A stretch of DNA of 63,895 nucleotides, filler included, from Octopus bimaculoides (GCF_001194135.2; 5 parts of 3 records of this genome joined end to end with filler, not necessarily neighbours in it); one strand, 5' to 3'. Shown: positions 1 through 13,839, counted from the whole stretch's first letter. Numbers and translations: made by a program. The notes: generated by a model not told the origin, from the letters alone.

Positions 1-1143
1 TATATTATACAGATATTTATACATATCAATATCTACACATATAACTCACACAACTACAGCTCTAGTCATACGAACACTCAAGATACGTACAGCTCCAGCA
101 CAGATACCCTTATACCAGACCACAACCACAGCCCAACCCATCATACTGACACTGCCTAGAATACCAATGCAATCTCTACCACCCCATACGATAGTGCAAT
201 TAATAACAACAATAGTAATAATAGTAATGTTGGTAATGATAACGTTAATAATACTAATAATATAGAATTTTCTACCGACTTCTATAACCTCTCGTCTGAC
301 GATGCTATCTCCTCTGTTACTGAGCACAGTCCCCAAAACTCACCTAATTGTAATTGCCGTCCTGGAATCACCTGAACGTTACAAACCCATTCCAGAAGAT
401 ATAATGTAATTTACAAATGCACTCTCTTTAATCGATTACACAGCTCCATAGCTATATACATAGGATCAACCAAAAATATTAAGCAATGATATGCCGCTCA
501 CTTCCACTCTTTTAGATACGATAAACATGGTCAATATACAACACTCGCCAACCACATATATCATCTCAAACATACAAATATATCCTATACTCTATCATAC
601 TAGATACAGGACTTCCCTACCGAGGTCAACGCTCAACCTGTAAATTTTGCCTGAAGGAGGCACTTCACATATTAAAGCACAACTCTCCAGCTCTGCTAAA
701 TAAACATAATGAGGCACTAAACACATGTAATCACCGCTTTTTCACACATTCAAATTCTACTACAAATCCAAATGCCAAAATGACCATACAGTACATTTCC
801 ACAATATCCCTTAGGTAATCTCTGTGAACTTATAAATCTATATTTTAACTTCTAATCCTTATCTAACCCCTCATTCATGCTCATACTCGAATTTCACAAC
901 TATCTAATTATATTTGTGTGTATGCATCCATGCATATGTGCGTGTATATGTATGCGTGTGTGTATGCGCGTATGCATGTTACGTGTGCATGTGTGAATAT
1001 ATGTATGTATACAAGGTAGATATACCAGCGTGTACAGGGGTGATAATACATACAGATACACGTATATGTGGGTGTGCACGTATCCATATACATATGAGTA
1101 CGAATTATATGTGTAGATATTGATATGTATAAACATCAGTATA

Positions 1144-1214
<71 letters not shown>

Positions 1215-2203
1215 TAATGTATACATATGTATATATTCTCACATGTTTTTATTCTACTACTAGTACTGACCTGCCCAACCATCTAAATTCTTAAATTCTT
1301 CTTTCTATAATAATACCCACCTTTCTCTACTCCATCATTTAACCTCCATTACCGCAATTGACACTCCTTAAAGCTTTATATTTCTCTCTCTCCACAACCC
1401 CCTATTTCTTCTATCTTTCTACACTCTAATACCTTTCTCTCTCTTTCACAATTATCTTCCCGTTCCTACCTTCTTATTATATTCACTGACCACTATCTGG
1501 TACACTTTCTCTTATCTATATTTTTGTATTCCTTTTTTCCTTTCTTTTCTTTATTCCTTTTATTATATTCTTCTTCCTTTTTCTTCTCTTTCTCCCCTTT
1601 TTCTCTCTCTTTTTCCCTCCTTCCTTATACCTCTCTTCCTGTTTTCGATTTGACCCTAATAATACATCCCCTGCTTTTAGGTCACTTTAAACAGAACCCT
1701 TAATTCAATATCACTGTATATAAACTCTGTATTTGGAATGACCAATTTCAAAGTCTGTTGGATTTTACTCATAGGGAATTGGAATCTTAATAATGGATTT
1801 ACAAATGCAATGTGCAATATTAAAGACTATTGGATTTTACTCACAAGGTATTGAAACCTTATATGTATACCATTCTGCTTAAACAATGGATTTACAAATA
1901 CAATATCCCTGCATTCACTCTCTATTTCCTATCTTATCTAAATTAACTATTACTTAACCATTCTCTCACACCGTCTCCGATGAAGGGATATAATAAATAT
2001 CCTGGAAACAGCTGTAAGACCTTCTATTTATAAATGTTCTAAAATATACACAGCCTTGGTTTTTTAAAATCTCATTACGATATNNNNNNNNNNNNNNNNN
2101 NNNNNNNNNNNNNNNNNNNNNNNNNNNNNNNNNNNNNNNNNNNNNNNNNNNNNNNNNNNNNNNNNNNNNNNNNNNNNNNNNNNNNNNNNNNNNNNNNNNN
2201 NNN

Positions 2204-2236
<33 letters not shown>

Positions 2237-3541
2237 ATTATATAACATGTACATCTTTTCTTAAGGCAGCAATTAGCACGAGTTATCGAGGTAAACACGA
2301 ATAACAAATGTATTCAATGTTAATGAATGTCTACAAGGTTGATGAACATGTTCACGGATAACAAAAATCCTGTGATGCTGCTTGAGTATGCCCGATCAAT
2401 ATTTACATATGCTAGTTTTCTTATTTTCTGGCATATATCCATTCTTACCATCAGCAGATACTCTAGAGATGATGTGTGAGAAGATGTGCAGGTACGAAAT
2501 GAGGATGACACAACTGCAGAGATTTCAATATGACGATGACAGTGAATAGATAAAATCGCTGTTCATGTGCTACGCTTCTTGTAGCCAGTCTATTTGAACG
2601 AGCTGCACCCCTTCTCTCACTTAGAGTGGTAAAGTTTGTTCTTCCTCACTTGGTATATTTTCAGGCATGTCTTACACTTTACCATCTGATATTCTAAAAA
2701 TGTTATAAAGGAAATGCTTAATAGTGACTAAGCAATACTTTCGAGTTTCGGCGAAGACAATCTAAGTGAACTTTCTTGGAGTACTTCGCAGTCGATTCTA
2801 TGAAAATTTCCAAATTAGCTGATAGTATCGGTTGGTGCATTATTCGGCATAATCTCTACAGGAAAAGTTGAACGCATACCAGATGCACGAAGAGTAAGGA
2901 AAAATCCGGCATGTCCGTTTTCAGTGACTGTACATTGGTAATTTGTGAGTTTATGTCGAACCGTTGCCATTACGCCCTGGACGAATCCGGTTGTCAACCG
3001 ATTCTATCATAATGATCAAACCGCAGACATTCATTGGCAAGTGCAGTAGTCTTCCTGAACCTGGTATTTATTGTGAAAGAAGTGGTATTATGGTATAAAA
3101 AAGTAATTCTACAGTTTGTAAATATTGATAAAACTTACACTAGATCATTGGATTTTTGTTACCCTTGAATATGTTCATCAATTTTGTAGACTTTCTTTGA
3201 CATTGATCATCTTTGTTAACCACGGACATTGGTGCTTTCCTTCCACGTACTTATTAATTTATGTTGATAAAAACAAACATGAATATATGCAGCATGATGC
3301 CAACGCGTTTGTAACAATCAGTTCCACCTTTATGGGAAAATCTTAACATTCCTCAAAGTACGGCTCGTGAGATTTCAAACAGATGTACGGCCATTGTGTG
3401 ACTTCAATGGTAATTATTGTATATGTGCCAAGATCTTCCGTATCAATTGTATAAATACGTATTGCAGTTAGCAAAACCATTGTCTTGGTTGCTATGATAT
3501 ATAAATAATAAAAGTTCTGGACTCTGCATAGTGTTTTATGG

Positions 3542-3650
<109 letters not shown>

Positions 3651-4715
3651 TATATATACACGCACATAAACAGGAGACTGGAGAATTTTTTTAGTATATT
3701 TATTCGCCATTACGCATGTTTATATCAATTAAAGTTTATTGGATAAACATGATAGAAATTTGATATCAGAATTTCTTCAGACTGAGAGTTTGTGTAATAT
3801 AAGATAGGAAATGCTTCCATTACGTACACATTCCACAGTTGAAGCATTCTAAATGTATGAAAAAAATTGATGGAAATATTGTTATATGTTTGTAGTTAAA
3901 AGTGTTATCCAACTTACTGATCTACGTAATGTATGCCAGTATAATTTAGCCAGTCTTGACTCTACTTATGCAGATAGTCTAACAACGATTTGTAGTATCT
4001 TATATTTGACTTGAGTTCAAACTTCTGGTACAGTTCGGCACCAGTTTTTGTTCCTTTATATTGAGAAAACTTAGGAGTGTTTGCTTAATAAGAGAACGCT
4101 ACAGTTGAAGTTAGACATACCTAGGAGATTTGAAATTATTTATCATCTTTCACATCACATTAGACAAAGGTCACGATAAGTAAGGGCTGCACAAGCAAAT
4201 ACGAACGTATTCACATACATTAATAAAACAGTCTTCCTCCTGTCCGTGTCAGTGTCTCTCATCATATCCCTCGTGATAAAGATGAAGGGAAGGGAAGAAA
4301 GAATTAGGGGAAAAAAAGAACAAAGCAACTCCAACACCATATCGAGCCCCCACCCCACGTAGATCAGCAATTAAAAATTTACAACTATATAAAGCGTGTA
4401 GCTGGTTCTTATAACGGCATTGTGTTTGTTTGCTATTATATTTGACATTATATTTGTCAGTTATTTGTATAGAACTATTTACAGTGCTTATACAATATAT
4501 TGGTTACCTCCCCTATCTGAATGAGATTTCTTAATCAATTTGCACTATTATTGTATTCTAATTGATCACACTTCCTATCTTTAACTCTCCTTACTGTCTG
4601 TTCTTTTTGGTTAGTGGTGTTCTTCCTATTATGCATACTATTTTAATTATTGTCAGGGTGGTCCATCTTACTACTTATATTATTTCTATTATTACTTCCG
4701 TTAAAGAATTTTAAT

Positions 4716-5791
4716 TTTTCTCTATAGCCCGCCTTCTCTAATGCTAAATTATAAAATTCCTCATTTAGTTTAAATACTTTCTCCTTCGCTGAGAGAGTAG
4801 TAAGTGCGGGTTGATATATTTTCTACTATAGATCGAGTTATACGTTTGGGTGACTGCTATATTTATGAATGTATGTAAAGTTCGCATTAGGTTTATGATA
4901 TGGCCTGTATATGCCTTACTTAAATCTAAATTAACATCAAGAAAGTTAACTGAGTTATGCCCCTCTTCTATTGATATTGAAAGTCCGATGTTTTTTTAAA
5001 AAAAACAAAAAACATTTTCCTATATTTTTCGACGTCCCGCTTTATGGGATGAAAAGTGCATCATCCCTGTATAGACTCTCTCTTATTTTGGGGAGCTCCT
5101 TATACAGGCAGAATAAAATGTATTCCCTACTAAGTCTGTTACCTGTGCAGAGTCTGTCGATCCCATAGTTATATTGAAATCTCTGGCCTATACTTTCTCA
5201 CCCATTATTTTCGCTCAAATTTGTATTTTGAGTCCCTAGCCGCTAACATAATGTCTGCTTCTACTTTAGTAAGTGCTGAGTTTTTCATAGCAAACATGAG
5301 TGACTTATTTGAGAGGATAGGATTAACTGAAGTATAATAGTTATATCTGTTTTCATGAACCTAGTTTTATTTTTATCATGGATTTTCATAAACCAGTTAA
5401 TTACCTCATATGAACTAGACCATATTTTAAGCTTAATGACATTCCTAGTGTGTAGAAATGTACTTATCTATGATATACTTACTTATCCTACCAAGGTCCG
5501 ATGAGTCTAACTGTAGGGTTATGGTCCTTGAGATTAATTCTAGGGGATTTAGGCCCGCAAGGTTCATTTTTATCTGCTAAATTATATATATCCAATAATG
5601 CCTTTAGCTTGCAGGTTAAGTTGTATAAGGTTGTTAGGATTCGAGACTTTATAACTTTTCTCTATAGCCCGCCTTCTCTAATGCTAAATTATAAAATTCC
5701 TCATTTAGTTTAAATACTTTCTCCTTCGCTGAGAGAGTAGTAAGTGCGGGTTGATATATTTTCTACTATAGATCGAGTTATACGTTTGGGT
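4716..5791 (+). repeat. 136-bp identical direct repeat (4716-4851 and 5656-5791) around decayed retroelement-like sequence
   Basis: The two copies match base for base, 940 bp apart. The interior has a weak minus-strand endonuclease-like RDFN motif. Confidence 0.85.
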
Positions 5792-6210
5792 TAAATGGCG
5801 TTGGGCTAAATGCTACAAGTTACCCGTTTTATCCACGTGCACTGAAAGTCCTTTTTTCTTAAGCTCCTTAGTAATGGAGTGTAGTTTCTGGAGGTGTTTA
5901 TTTCTTCTAGGTGAGAATTTACGGAATTTAGTATTCCTAACAATATTCCATAGTTCATCTTCGAAGGCAGTTAGGTATAAGTCTGGTGGTGGGTATTTCC
6001 TGGTTTTAAAAATATGAGTTATACTCTGACGTGCCTGTGTATTAATAGCAGGTATTTAACTGTACTATCATTTGTGGATGTAAGCAAATAAACAATGATC
6101 TAAAAACGTTTCTTAGTTACATATGTGAAAACAATCTTCCTTGCTGTTAGCTCCATCTGTTACCAAATTCACATAATTGATTTACTTTACTTTCTGTTTA
6201 ATATCACGTT

Positions 6211-6250
6211 GGGGTTTCTTTGCATGTACTGATCTCCAGTATTTATATAA
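6211..6250 (+). promoter_or_regulatory. Candidate IL-17 core promoter (kB-like GGGGTTTCTT at 6211-6220; TATATAA at 6244-6250)
   Basis: TATA-like box about 130 bp upstream of the candidate ATG at 6379, with an imperfect NF-kB-like motif just upstream. Motif match only. Confidence 0.35.
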
Positions 6251-6378
6251 GCAAATCTAAAGCTGACAATAAGATTACAAAGGATATCGCATTAAAACAC
6301 GAGCATAACCAAGCAGAAATGCAAAATATTTTACTGTTTACCCTCTTCTTTTCCAGTTCAAAGTAAACAAGCGTTATA

Positions 6379-6393
6379 ATGAAGATAACTACA
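6379..6393 (+). CDS. Probable first coding exon (MKITT) of the IL-17-like gene
   Basis: ATG AAG ATA ACT ACA followed by a consensus GTAAGT donor in phase 0. This matches the phase-0 acceptor before 15685 and gives the N-terminus MKITT-IVAQIVTLFF. Best ATG+donor candidate seen between here and exon 2. Confidence 0.6.
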
Positions 6394-6569
6394 GTAAGTA
6401 AATATAGGTTAATGATATTAACTCATGCATGTCTGTAGGTAGTTGCCACTGCAATCTTAATGTATGTATCTGCGTGTAGATGACCAGTATTTAATTGTTT
6501 AAGCTAATCTTTTTCATAACTCTTTAATTTTCACTATATGTGTGCGTGAGTGTGTGGGCGCGCACGTAT

Positions 6570-6968
6570 TCTTTTATTCTTTTACTTGCTTCAGTGATTT
6601 TACTGCGGCCATGCTGGAACACCGCCTTGAAGAGATTATTAGTCAAACAAATCAACCAGATGACTTATTTTTTAAAGCCTAGTACTTATTCTATCGGCTT
6701 CCACTGGCGAACCGCTAGGTTACGGGAACGGAAACACATCAGCACCTGTTGTCAAGCGGTGATGGGGGACAAACCTAACACTAAGATAAACACACGTAGA
6801 TATATACAAATTTGTGACGGGATTCTTTCAGTTTCCATCTACGAAATCCTCACAAGGGTTTGGTCGGCCCTAAGGCTATAGTAGAGGACACTCGCTCAAG
6901 GTACCACGCAGTGGGACTGAACCCAGAACTATGTGACTAGGAAGCAAAATTCTTATCACATGGCCACA
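6570..6968 (-). mobile_element. tRNA-derived octopus-type SINE
   Basis: Reverse complement has a tRNA-like head (GGGTTCAGTCCC B box), a CORE-like ccttgagcgagtgtc segment and a tail ending gcggtgttccagcatggccgcag. Homologous to 7705-8112. Confidence 0.85.
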
Positions 6969-6985
6969 CCTCTGCTTATATATAA

Positions 6986-7095
<110 letters not shown>

Positions 7096-7399
7096 GTGTG
7101 TGTGTGAGCGTGTTCAGTATTTAATCATTTAAATCCTTCCCCTGAAAAAAGATACAATGCTCCAACCTCCATCTTCGGAATGTAGATAACGAAAACAATG
7201 TCACATTTTAAACCTCAAAAATGTCTTGCATAGTTTTACTGTACCAATACAGTGTATTTGTAATGTGCGAATCTGTTAGCTAATTTCTTTCACAAAAAAA
7301 TCCAAGCTTATCCAAACTGACAGTAGGCATTTACTTACAAAACCAAGATTTTCAATAGTTATTGGTACAAATGTAAATTTGTAATCCGGCTATAAAAGC

Positions 7400-7700
7400 C
7401 GGAGGTTTCGAAGCAGTTGTCTGTAGGTATTTTCCTGCTCTTTAATTTCTAGAGATATTCCCATCAGCAGAACAGCTGGCCTCTATGACGGTACATAGTT
7501 TTTCTTGTCTATCCCAAACAATATCCGGGCTGTTATATTTACACTCGACAGATGATTTGATGGGAATGTTCCACCAGTATTCCTTGTGCTGGTATTCGTT
7601 TACGTATTCAATAACATGCACAACATTCAATAACGATTCAATAGCCGTTCTCTGTATTCATTCCAGGACAGTCTTTTTTCCGAATAGCATTCTCTTTACT
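7400..7700 (-). mobile_element. RLE-type (R4/Dong-like) LINE fragment, endonuclease region
   Basis: Translation YWWNIPIKSSVECKYNSPDIVWDRQEKLCTVIEASCSADGNIS matches the PD..D/E restriction-like endonuclease motif. Confidence 0.7.
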
Positions 7701-7704
7701 CTTT

Positions 7705-7904
7705 TATTTATTTCAGTCATTTGACTGCGGCCATGCTGGAGCACCGCCTTTAGTTGAGTAAATCGACCTCAGGACTTATTCTTTGTAAGCCTAGTACTTA
7801 TTGTATCGGCCTCTTTTGCCGAACCGCTAAGTTACGGGGACGTAAACACACCACAATCGGTTGTCAAGCGATGGTGGGGGACAAACACAGACACACAAAC
7901 ATAT

Positions 7905-7941
<37 letters not shown>

Positions 7942-8112
7942 CATATATACGACGGACTTCCTTCAGTTTCCATCTACCAAATCCACTCACAAGGTATTGG
8001 TCGGCCCGAGGCTATAGTAGAAGACACTTGCCCGAGGTGCCACGCAGTGAGAATGAACCCGGAACCATGTGGTCGGTAAGCAAGCTACTTACCACACAGC
8101 CACTCCTGCGCC
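7705..8112 (-). mobile_element. tRNA-derived octopus-type SINE, well-preserved copy
   Basis: Head gcaggagtggctgtgtggtaagtagc...ccgggttcattctc, internal (CA/TA)n, tail as in 6570-6968. Confidence 0.9.
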
Positions 8113-8819
8113 CATTGTACATTGTTTTTGTCATCAAAGTACTAATGTCTGACGATTTCTACAGAAATATAGCATAGACGATATCGACGGTTGCATCTTG
8201 GAACACCATGGGCTTCACTGTCTCTTTTGTTGATTAGCTATTTAGCAGCAATTTCCTGTTCTTCGATGTAATCTGTTGTAGCTGTCGCGAGGCCGAGAGA
8301 GGTTTCGCTTCATGTCAATGTTACTATCTTCTACAAGCCTACGAGAAACATACCCTTGCATAGTCATTTTTTTTTCACTTTTTCATTTTTTTTTTTTTTG
8401 GTATGCTGAGCGTTTGACTTCCAGGTCTTCTTTGAGGTAAGCTTGTCCGGCAGATTTGGGGTTGTATGGGAGGTCATCAGAAAGAGAGTACTTCCTGAGG
8501 ATCTCCTTTCCAACACGTATGGATGCAGATATACTTTAGCAAACTTGTCGACCGTACTAAAAACATAAACGATAGCCCTCCCTGTACCATCACTGTTTCA
8601 CCTCGTTACAATCTGCGAATTAATGCAAGATATGTCATGAACAATTTTGCATTTTATTTAGAATCTCATACACACATCCATGTAAACGGTATAAATTAAA
8701 AATCAACACGGCACATACCACCATCCTCAACACCTATAATCAATCCGTACCTGTATCCGTCACAATCTTCCCACAAAACAATCCAACTCTGAAAGCAAAT
8801 ATCTTGCATACTGTTGTGT

Positions 8820-11110
8820 TCCTAAAGCAATTTATATAACTTTGATGAAATAAATATTCTTCCCGCTTGGTTCGTCACGAGTGATTTCTTCCAAGAATTT
8901 CGTTTTATTTTTCTAAACAGTCCTAAGACCCATACACCAGATGTGATAGCCAGACTTCCAGTAAGAAAGTGCCAACGCCATATTATTTCTTTCAGGAAAA
9001 TACTCATGCAGCGGAGAATAATGATCTCGAACCGTTTCAAAAACACCTTAATGACAGTGTGAAATCCCACCTGACAGAGGAACTCTTCGAGATAGAAAAT
9101 AAACTCAAAATCTCCCATTAAAAAGAAAGAGAAGAAAGAGAGACCTGAAAAGTCAAAAATATAAAAAGAAATCATGAAGCCTTCTACACGTTGGCACAGG
9201 AGTCTACCTCGGTGCGCTATAAGATAGGGCCACTATTTGGTAAAGAAGGCTCACTAACTGCAGGCCCGGGGAAGATAAGTGAAGCNNNNNNNNNNCCCAT
9301 TAAAAAGAAAGAGAAGAAAGAGAGACCTGAAAAGTCAAAAATATAAAAAGAAATCATGAAGCCTTCTACACGTTGGCACAGGAGTCTACCTCGGTGCGCT
9401 ATAAGATAGGGCCACTATTTGGTAAAGAAGGCTCACTAACTGCAGGCCCGGGGAAGATAAGTGAAGCACTAAATAAAAAATTCCGAAGTGTTTTCACTTC
9501 TCCACTGGAAAATATGCAAATAAACAAGCCGAAGGAGTTTTTCATGTAACGAATCTGTTCGGAAAAGAGGCAACCATCGATTGCATCAAAATGAGGGGGA
9601 GGGTGTTATATCGACCATTAATGCGATGAGATCAAATTCAGCAGCAGGCCCAGGTGGACTTCTGCTGTTCCCTTGAAGACATGTAAAAAGGTTCTTGCAG
9701 AGCCACTGCAGATGCTCTTTCAGAGTTTCCTTGCATGTGGTGAACTTTCCAGCATACTGAAGGAGGATGCCCTGTCCGTGGGGGAGGGAGCGTAGCAAAT
9801 GCTAGAAGCTACGGCCCCATCTCTGGGTACTGGGGCAACAGCTAAATCGGTCAGCTGTGGACGTGATGTGCCTCGACTTTGCCGAGGCCTTCGGTGGGGT
9901 TGGTCATGACGTGGTACCACGCAAGCTGCGTAACCTTGGTGTTGCCGGGGGCTGGAAGGGTGGCAGCATGATTTTCTGAAGATCAGGAGTCGGACAGTTG
10001 TGGCCAATGGTGCTCATTCTGAAGAGACACCAATTCTCGGCAGAGTCTGCGGAGGGCTGTACTGGGGCCGCTGCTGTTTGTGGTGGTCCTCTCGAACATG
10101 CCCTCCGTGGTACAGTCGGCCAGTCTGGTCAGTTATGCTGACGACGCACTGATATCGTAGGAAGTTAGCAGCCTAGAGGACATCATAAAACTGCAGAAAT
10201 ACCTGAATGAAACCTACAGTTGGGCTGATCAACATAGCGTGCAATTCCGTGCTATGAAGTTTCGGGCACTCCACTATCGGTCCAACACCAGGCTAAAATC
10301 GGAGTGTACTGGACCAGGTGGTAGTGTGATCCCAGTGTCGGAGTCCATGTGTGACCTGGGGGTTCGCAGAAGCGGTGATGCAACATTCCATGTGCATATA
10401 GCCAGGATGGCAGCACTGTACAGGCGAGTGGCTGGCTGGATTCTGGGGACGTTCAGAACCAGGAAAGAGAGGCACTGCTACTCCTATGGAAGACTTTCGC
10501 TCTCGGTTGCTACTCCCAGCTGTGGTCCTCAGGGAGTGTGAGACGGGCTGTGAAGCTCGGGGCAATCCAGCGCCAATACACAGTGAGGATTCGCTCGATG
10601 CAGAGGATGGGCTACTGGGAGAGGCTGGGTGGGGGTTGAGTCTCTGTTCCCATGAGAGAGGATGAGAGAGGTGTGCGGTGATGTATATATGGAGGGTTTT
10701 GGAGGGTTTAGCTACCAATTTTGTAGTTGACAGCTGTACCGATCCTCCAGCTGGACGACACTGCATCATGCCAAGAATCCAGCATTCCCTATCTAAAATA
10801 AGGACACAGTACTGCAAGAGTCTGGGTTTCGGAGGCCCGCAATTGTTCAACATTCTTCCAGGCAACATTAGAGATCTGCACGGTGTTGATGTGGAAGTTT
10901 TCAAGGAAGGACTGGACAGGTTTCTATCTGAGATACCAGATTAACCCTCATCGCGGCAGGAGACTCAGGGAAGGGCAGCTCCAACCAACTCGCTAGTTCA
11001 TCAAAAACAATATCGGAAACAACACCGAGAAACAACAGGTTGTGCACAAGCATGAACTCAGCCCTGGGCTGGAACCAGTAAGATATAAAATATAAAAGAT
11101 AAAAGATATA
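8820..11110 (+). mobile_element. CR1/Jockey-like LINE, 5'-truncated and disrupted (RT plus 3' UTR)
   Basis: Motifs KIGPLFGKEG..LNKKFRSVFT, SAAGPGG, LDFAEAF, VLGPLLF, YADD (10134-10145), VFKEGLDRFLSEIPD, and a (GATAAAA)n-like tail. Frameshifts and stops throughout. Confidence 0.9.
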
Positions 11111-11127
11111 TAGGTACACACACACAG

Positions 11128-11161
<34 letters not shown>

Positions 11162-11166
<5 letters not shown>

Positions 11167-11334
11167 GATCAAAACAGTTTGATTCAAATTCGTTTGTTAC
11201 TTTGGGTCTCAAGCGTGATGCTAGTCGACAGCCATTTTGAGTTTGAAAGTCAAATTCAAAATGGTTGACGACTAGCACCACACTTGAAATTCAAGAGTAC
11301 CAATGAATTTGAATCAATCTATTTTTATCCATAT
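11162..11334. mobile_element. Palindromic MITE-like foldback element
   Basis: Two ~85-bp imperfect inverted arms separated by a 3-nt loop at 11247-11249. Confidence 0.7.
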
Positions 11335-11503
11335 ATGTCAGTCCATATAGATAGTTGAGTGCTCTTCTATCGTTTGTGCACTCACTCGTATACATATGCA
11401 TATACATATGCATATATATATATATATATATATATATGTATTTGTACGTGTATTTGTGTGTATACATACATACATACATACATACATACATACATACATA
11501 CAT

Positions 11504-11534
<31 letters not shown>

Positions 11535-11544
11535 TATATATGTA

Positions 11545-12410
11545 TGGTAAGCTTGGAAATGTATGCGTGACGTTCAATCATATAATAATGTAAATAATAT
11601 ATATATATATATATATGCATATATATACATATATATATATGCATATATATACATATATGTACATACAATGTACATACATACATACATCCATGCATACATA
11701 CATACATACATACATACATAAATATATATGTATATATATGCAATATGGGTATAATACGTTACAAAACGTTAAACAACATGAAATACGAAAACAAATTTGG
11801 GTATGCAAACAACGAGAGAAACAAATGGAAAACAAGACTAGAACTATCCTTCATCAGTTGTCGGCTGTCTATCTACTCCTCAATTCGAGCATTGGACGAC
11901 AATATGAGATTTCGAAAAGCAGCTGCTCCCGTAAAAACCAAAATAAAATTTGGGATTTGTTGAAGGTCAAAGTTGGTAACAAAAACAGGACAGTGGAGAC
12001 ATACAACAAACCAAACGAAAACAAACACGGAGGGCCGTCAGACCAGACGAGGTAAAGTTGCAAACGCTGGAGAAATACTTTCTTTGACAAGAGAAAATAT
12101 AGAAGCGGAGACAGATCAGAATACCTGTGGTCTGTACGACAGACTGAACGAAAAGAAAGATGATCACGTGAGGAAAAGAAAGATGGACGATTGTCACGCG
12201 TGAGCAACGAGAGGGAGTATTGGAGAAAGCGGGAGAGAGAGACAGATAGAAAGCGGTGAAAGGATGAGAGAGAAAACTAAAGGGGGGTGGGGAACGGGAG
12301 AAAATGAATTAGAGAAAGGACGTGAGAGAACAGTGCAGGGTAGTGTCGCATCAAAATTATTAAGATAAACTTACTTGGAAATGGATGCGTGGCGTTCGAC
12401 CATATAATAA
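11545..12410 (+). repeat. Interspersed repeat family shared with 57490-57760
   Basis: Motif cttggaaatg(g/t)atgcgtg recurs at about 11550, 12370 and 57540. The block at 11742-11835 is homologous to the reverse complement of 57650-57745. Confidence 0.6.
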
Positions 12411-12603
12411 TATAAATGTGAATTTCAAACTCTGACAGTTAGTATTAATTGGTCAGATACATACACGCATACACCGACTCACACATATATTCTCACACAT
12501 AAACCTATTTATATATGCCCATACTCACATATACATGCACTCACACATACATACATATGCATAGGATCTCGTACATACGACTACATACATTATATATACA
12601 TAC

Positions 12604-12649
<46 letters not shown>

Positions 12650-12999
12650 TTCAAAAAAACAATAACAAAAAAACAAAAAAACAACAAAGTGAGGACGTGA
12701 TATGGATAGTGTTATTNNNNNNNNNNNNNNNNNNNNNNNNNNNNNNNNNNNNNNNNNNNNNNNNNNNNNNNNNNNNNNNNNNNNNNNNNNNNNNNNNNNN
12801 NNNNNNNNNNNNNNNNNNNNNNNNNNNNNNNNNNNNNNNNNNNNNNNNNNNNNNNNNNNNNNNNNNNNNNNNNNNNNNNNNNNNNNNNNNNNNNNNNNNN
12901 NNNNNNNNNNNNNNNNNNNNNNNNNNNNNNNNNNNNNNNNNNNNNNNNNNNNNNNNNNNNNNNNNNNNNTATATATATATATATATATGAAGTGAGAAC

Positions 13000-13830
13000 G
13001 GCCGGTTTATGGGATTAAGTTAGGTCTCCCGTCCATAAATGGTTTAGCTTTATGACGTATTGTCAGATCCCTAAACTTGTTGATCCAAGACCACTTTAAA
13101 ATATGGAGGAGAAAGGCCTTAATACACTAAGATAACAACTGCGGGTTATCTCCCTTTGCTATTGGCTATCGACTTCCGGCTGTGCTGCTAGCTTGTGGGC
13201 TCCAAAAAGCTGGCAGGAACCTCCTGAAATGTAAGTATGGCCCGAAAATCTCCGTTCTGGAGTAAGGGATGTTCTCTGGTTTGAGTGAGTCCTTTAAAAT
13301 ACTCGCCCGTTCAGTTATGCATGACTTGCAACAATCGGTTCTCGAGGATTTTCTATAAGATTGAGAATAGAATATAATCGTTTCTGTCTTATGCATACGT
13401 GACTGGCCACTGATGTTACGGATTTCCTTTCCGAAACTCTGATGGAGGACTTGTAGTTTGAGAAACGTTGCTTGAGTTCGCGGAACGTCGAATGTATCTC
13501 CGTGAGCGTGTGTTTGCGCTGTGTCTGTATCTGCCGGCGTTGTTATTGTCGCTGTCACCGACATTGTTTCCAGAGTTTACGTCCTGGTAGAACAATTAAT
13601 AGATATTTTACAAACCATGTAGACAATGTTCCCTTCATCACGTTCTTGACAAACGTTGGCCAAAATTTTCCTGTGTAGATGTAAAGACTCAAAGCTAATA
13701 CAACCTGGCTTGAATATAATGACACCAGTGGATTCATATAAAGCTAGAAGAGTAGCGGAAAGGGCAGGACATACCTTCGTCCGTGAGAGCATCCATTACA
13801 ACCGTTGGAAAAAAGCATCAACTAAATAAC
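13000..13830 (-). mobile_element. Decayed Penelope-like RT/GIY-YIG fragment
   Basis: RTKVCPALSATLLALYE resembles the PLE GTKxAPxYAxL motif. Many stops. Confidence 0.5.
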
Positions 13831-13839
13831 GAAATCAAA

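Noticed and set aside
1-900. Strongly C/A-skewed stretch (mirror-type G/T skew at 52400-52760)
   Set aside because: No recognisable motif; probably ancient decayed TE sequence.
900-1226. Many ORFs of Y/I/C/V/H/T/N repeats and X-filled ORFs across gaps
   Set aside because: Translations of microsatellites and N runs.
2815-2997. Cadherin-like reading of VEIMPNNAP and Ig-like DLGTYT in nearby minus ORFs
   Set aside because: The matches are too short, lack the conserved acidic residues, and are surrounded by stops.
9117-9466. Exact ~170-bp duplication either side of a 10-N gap (similar cases at 37920-37975, 61490-61980 and 63678-63705)
   Set aside because: Unmerged contig overlaps across short gaps; an assembly artefact.
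11541-11552. Alternative IL-17 first exon ATG|GTAAGC
   Set aside because: It lies inside a microsatellite/repeat junction with no promoter context; 6379-6393 fits better.
11845-11865. Minus-strand CUGAUGAAGG (other lone CUGANGA hits near 8153, 8474, 30647, 37361 and 46008)
   Set aside because: No stem II closed by GAAA at a suitable distance.
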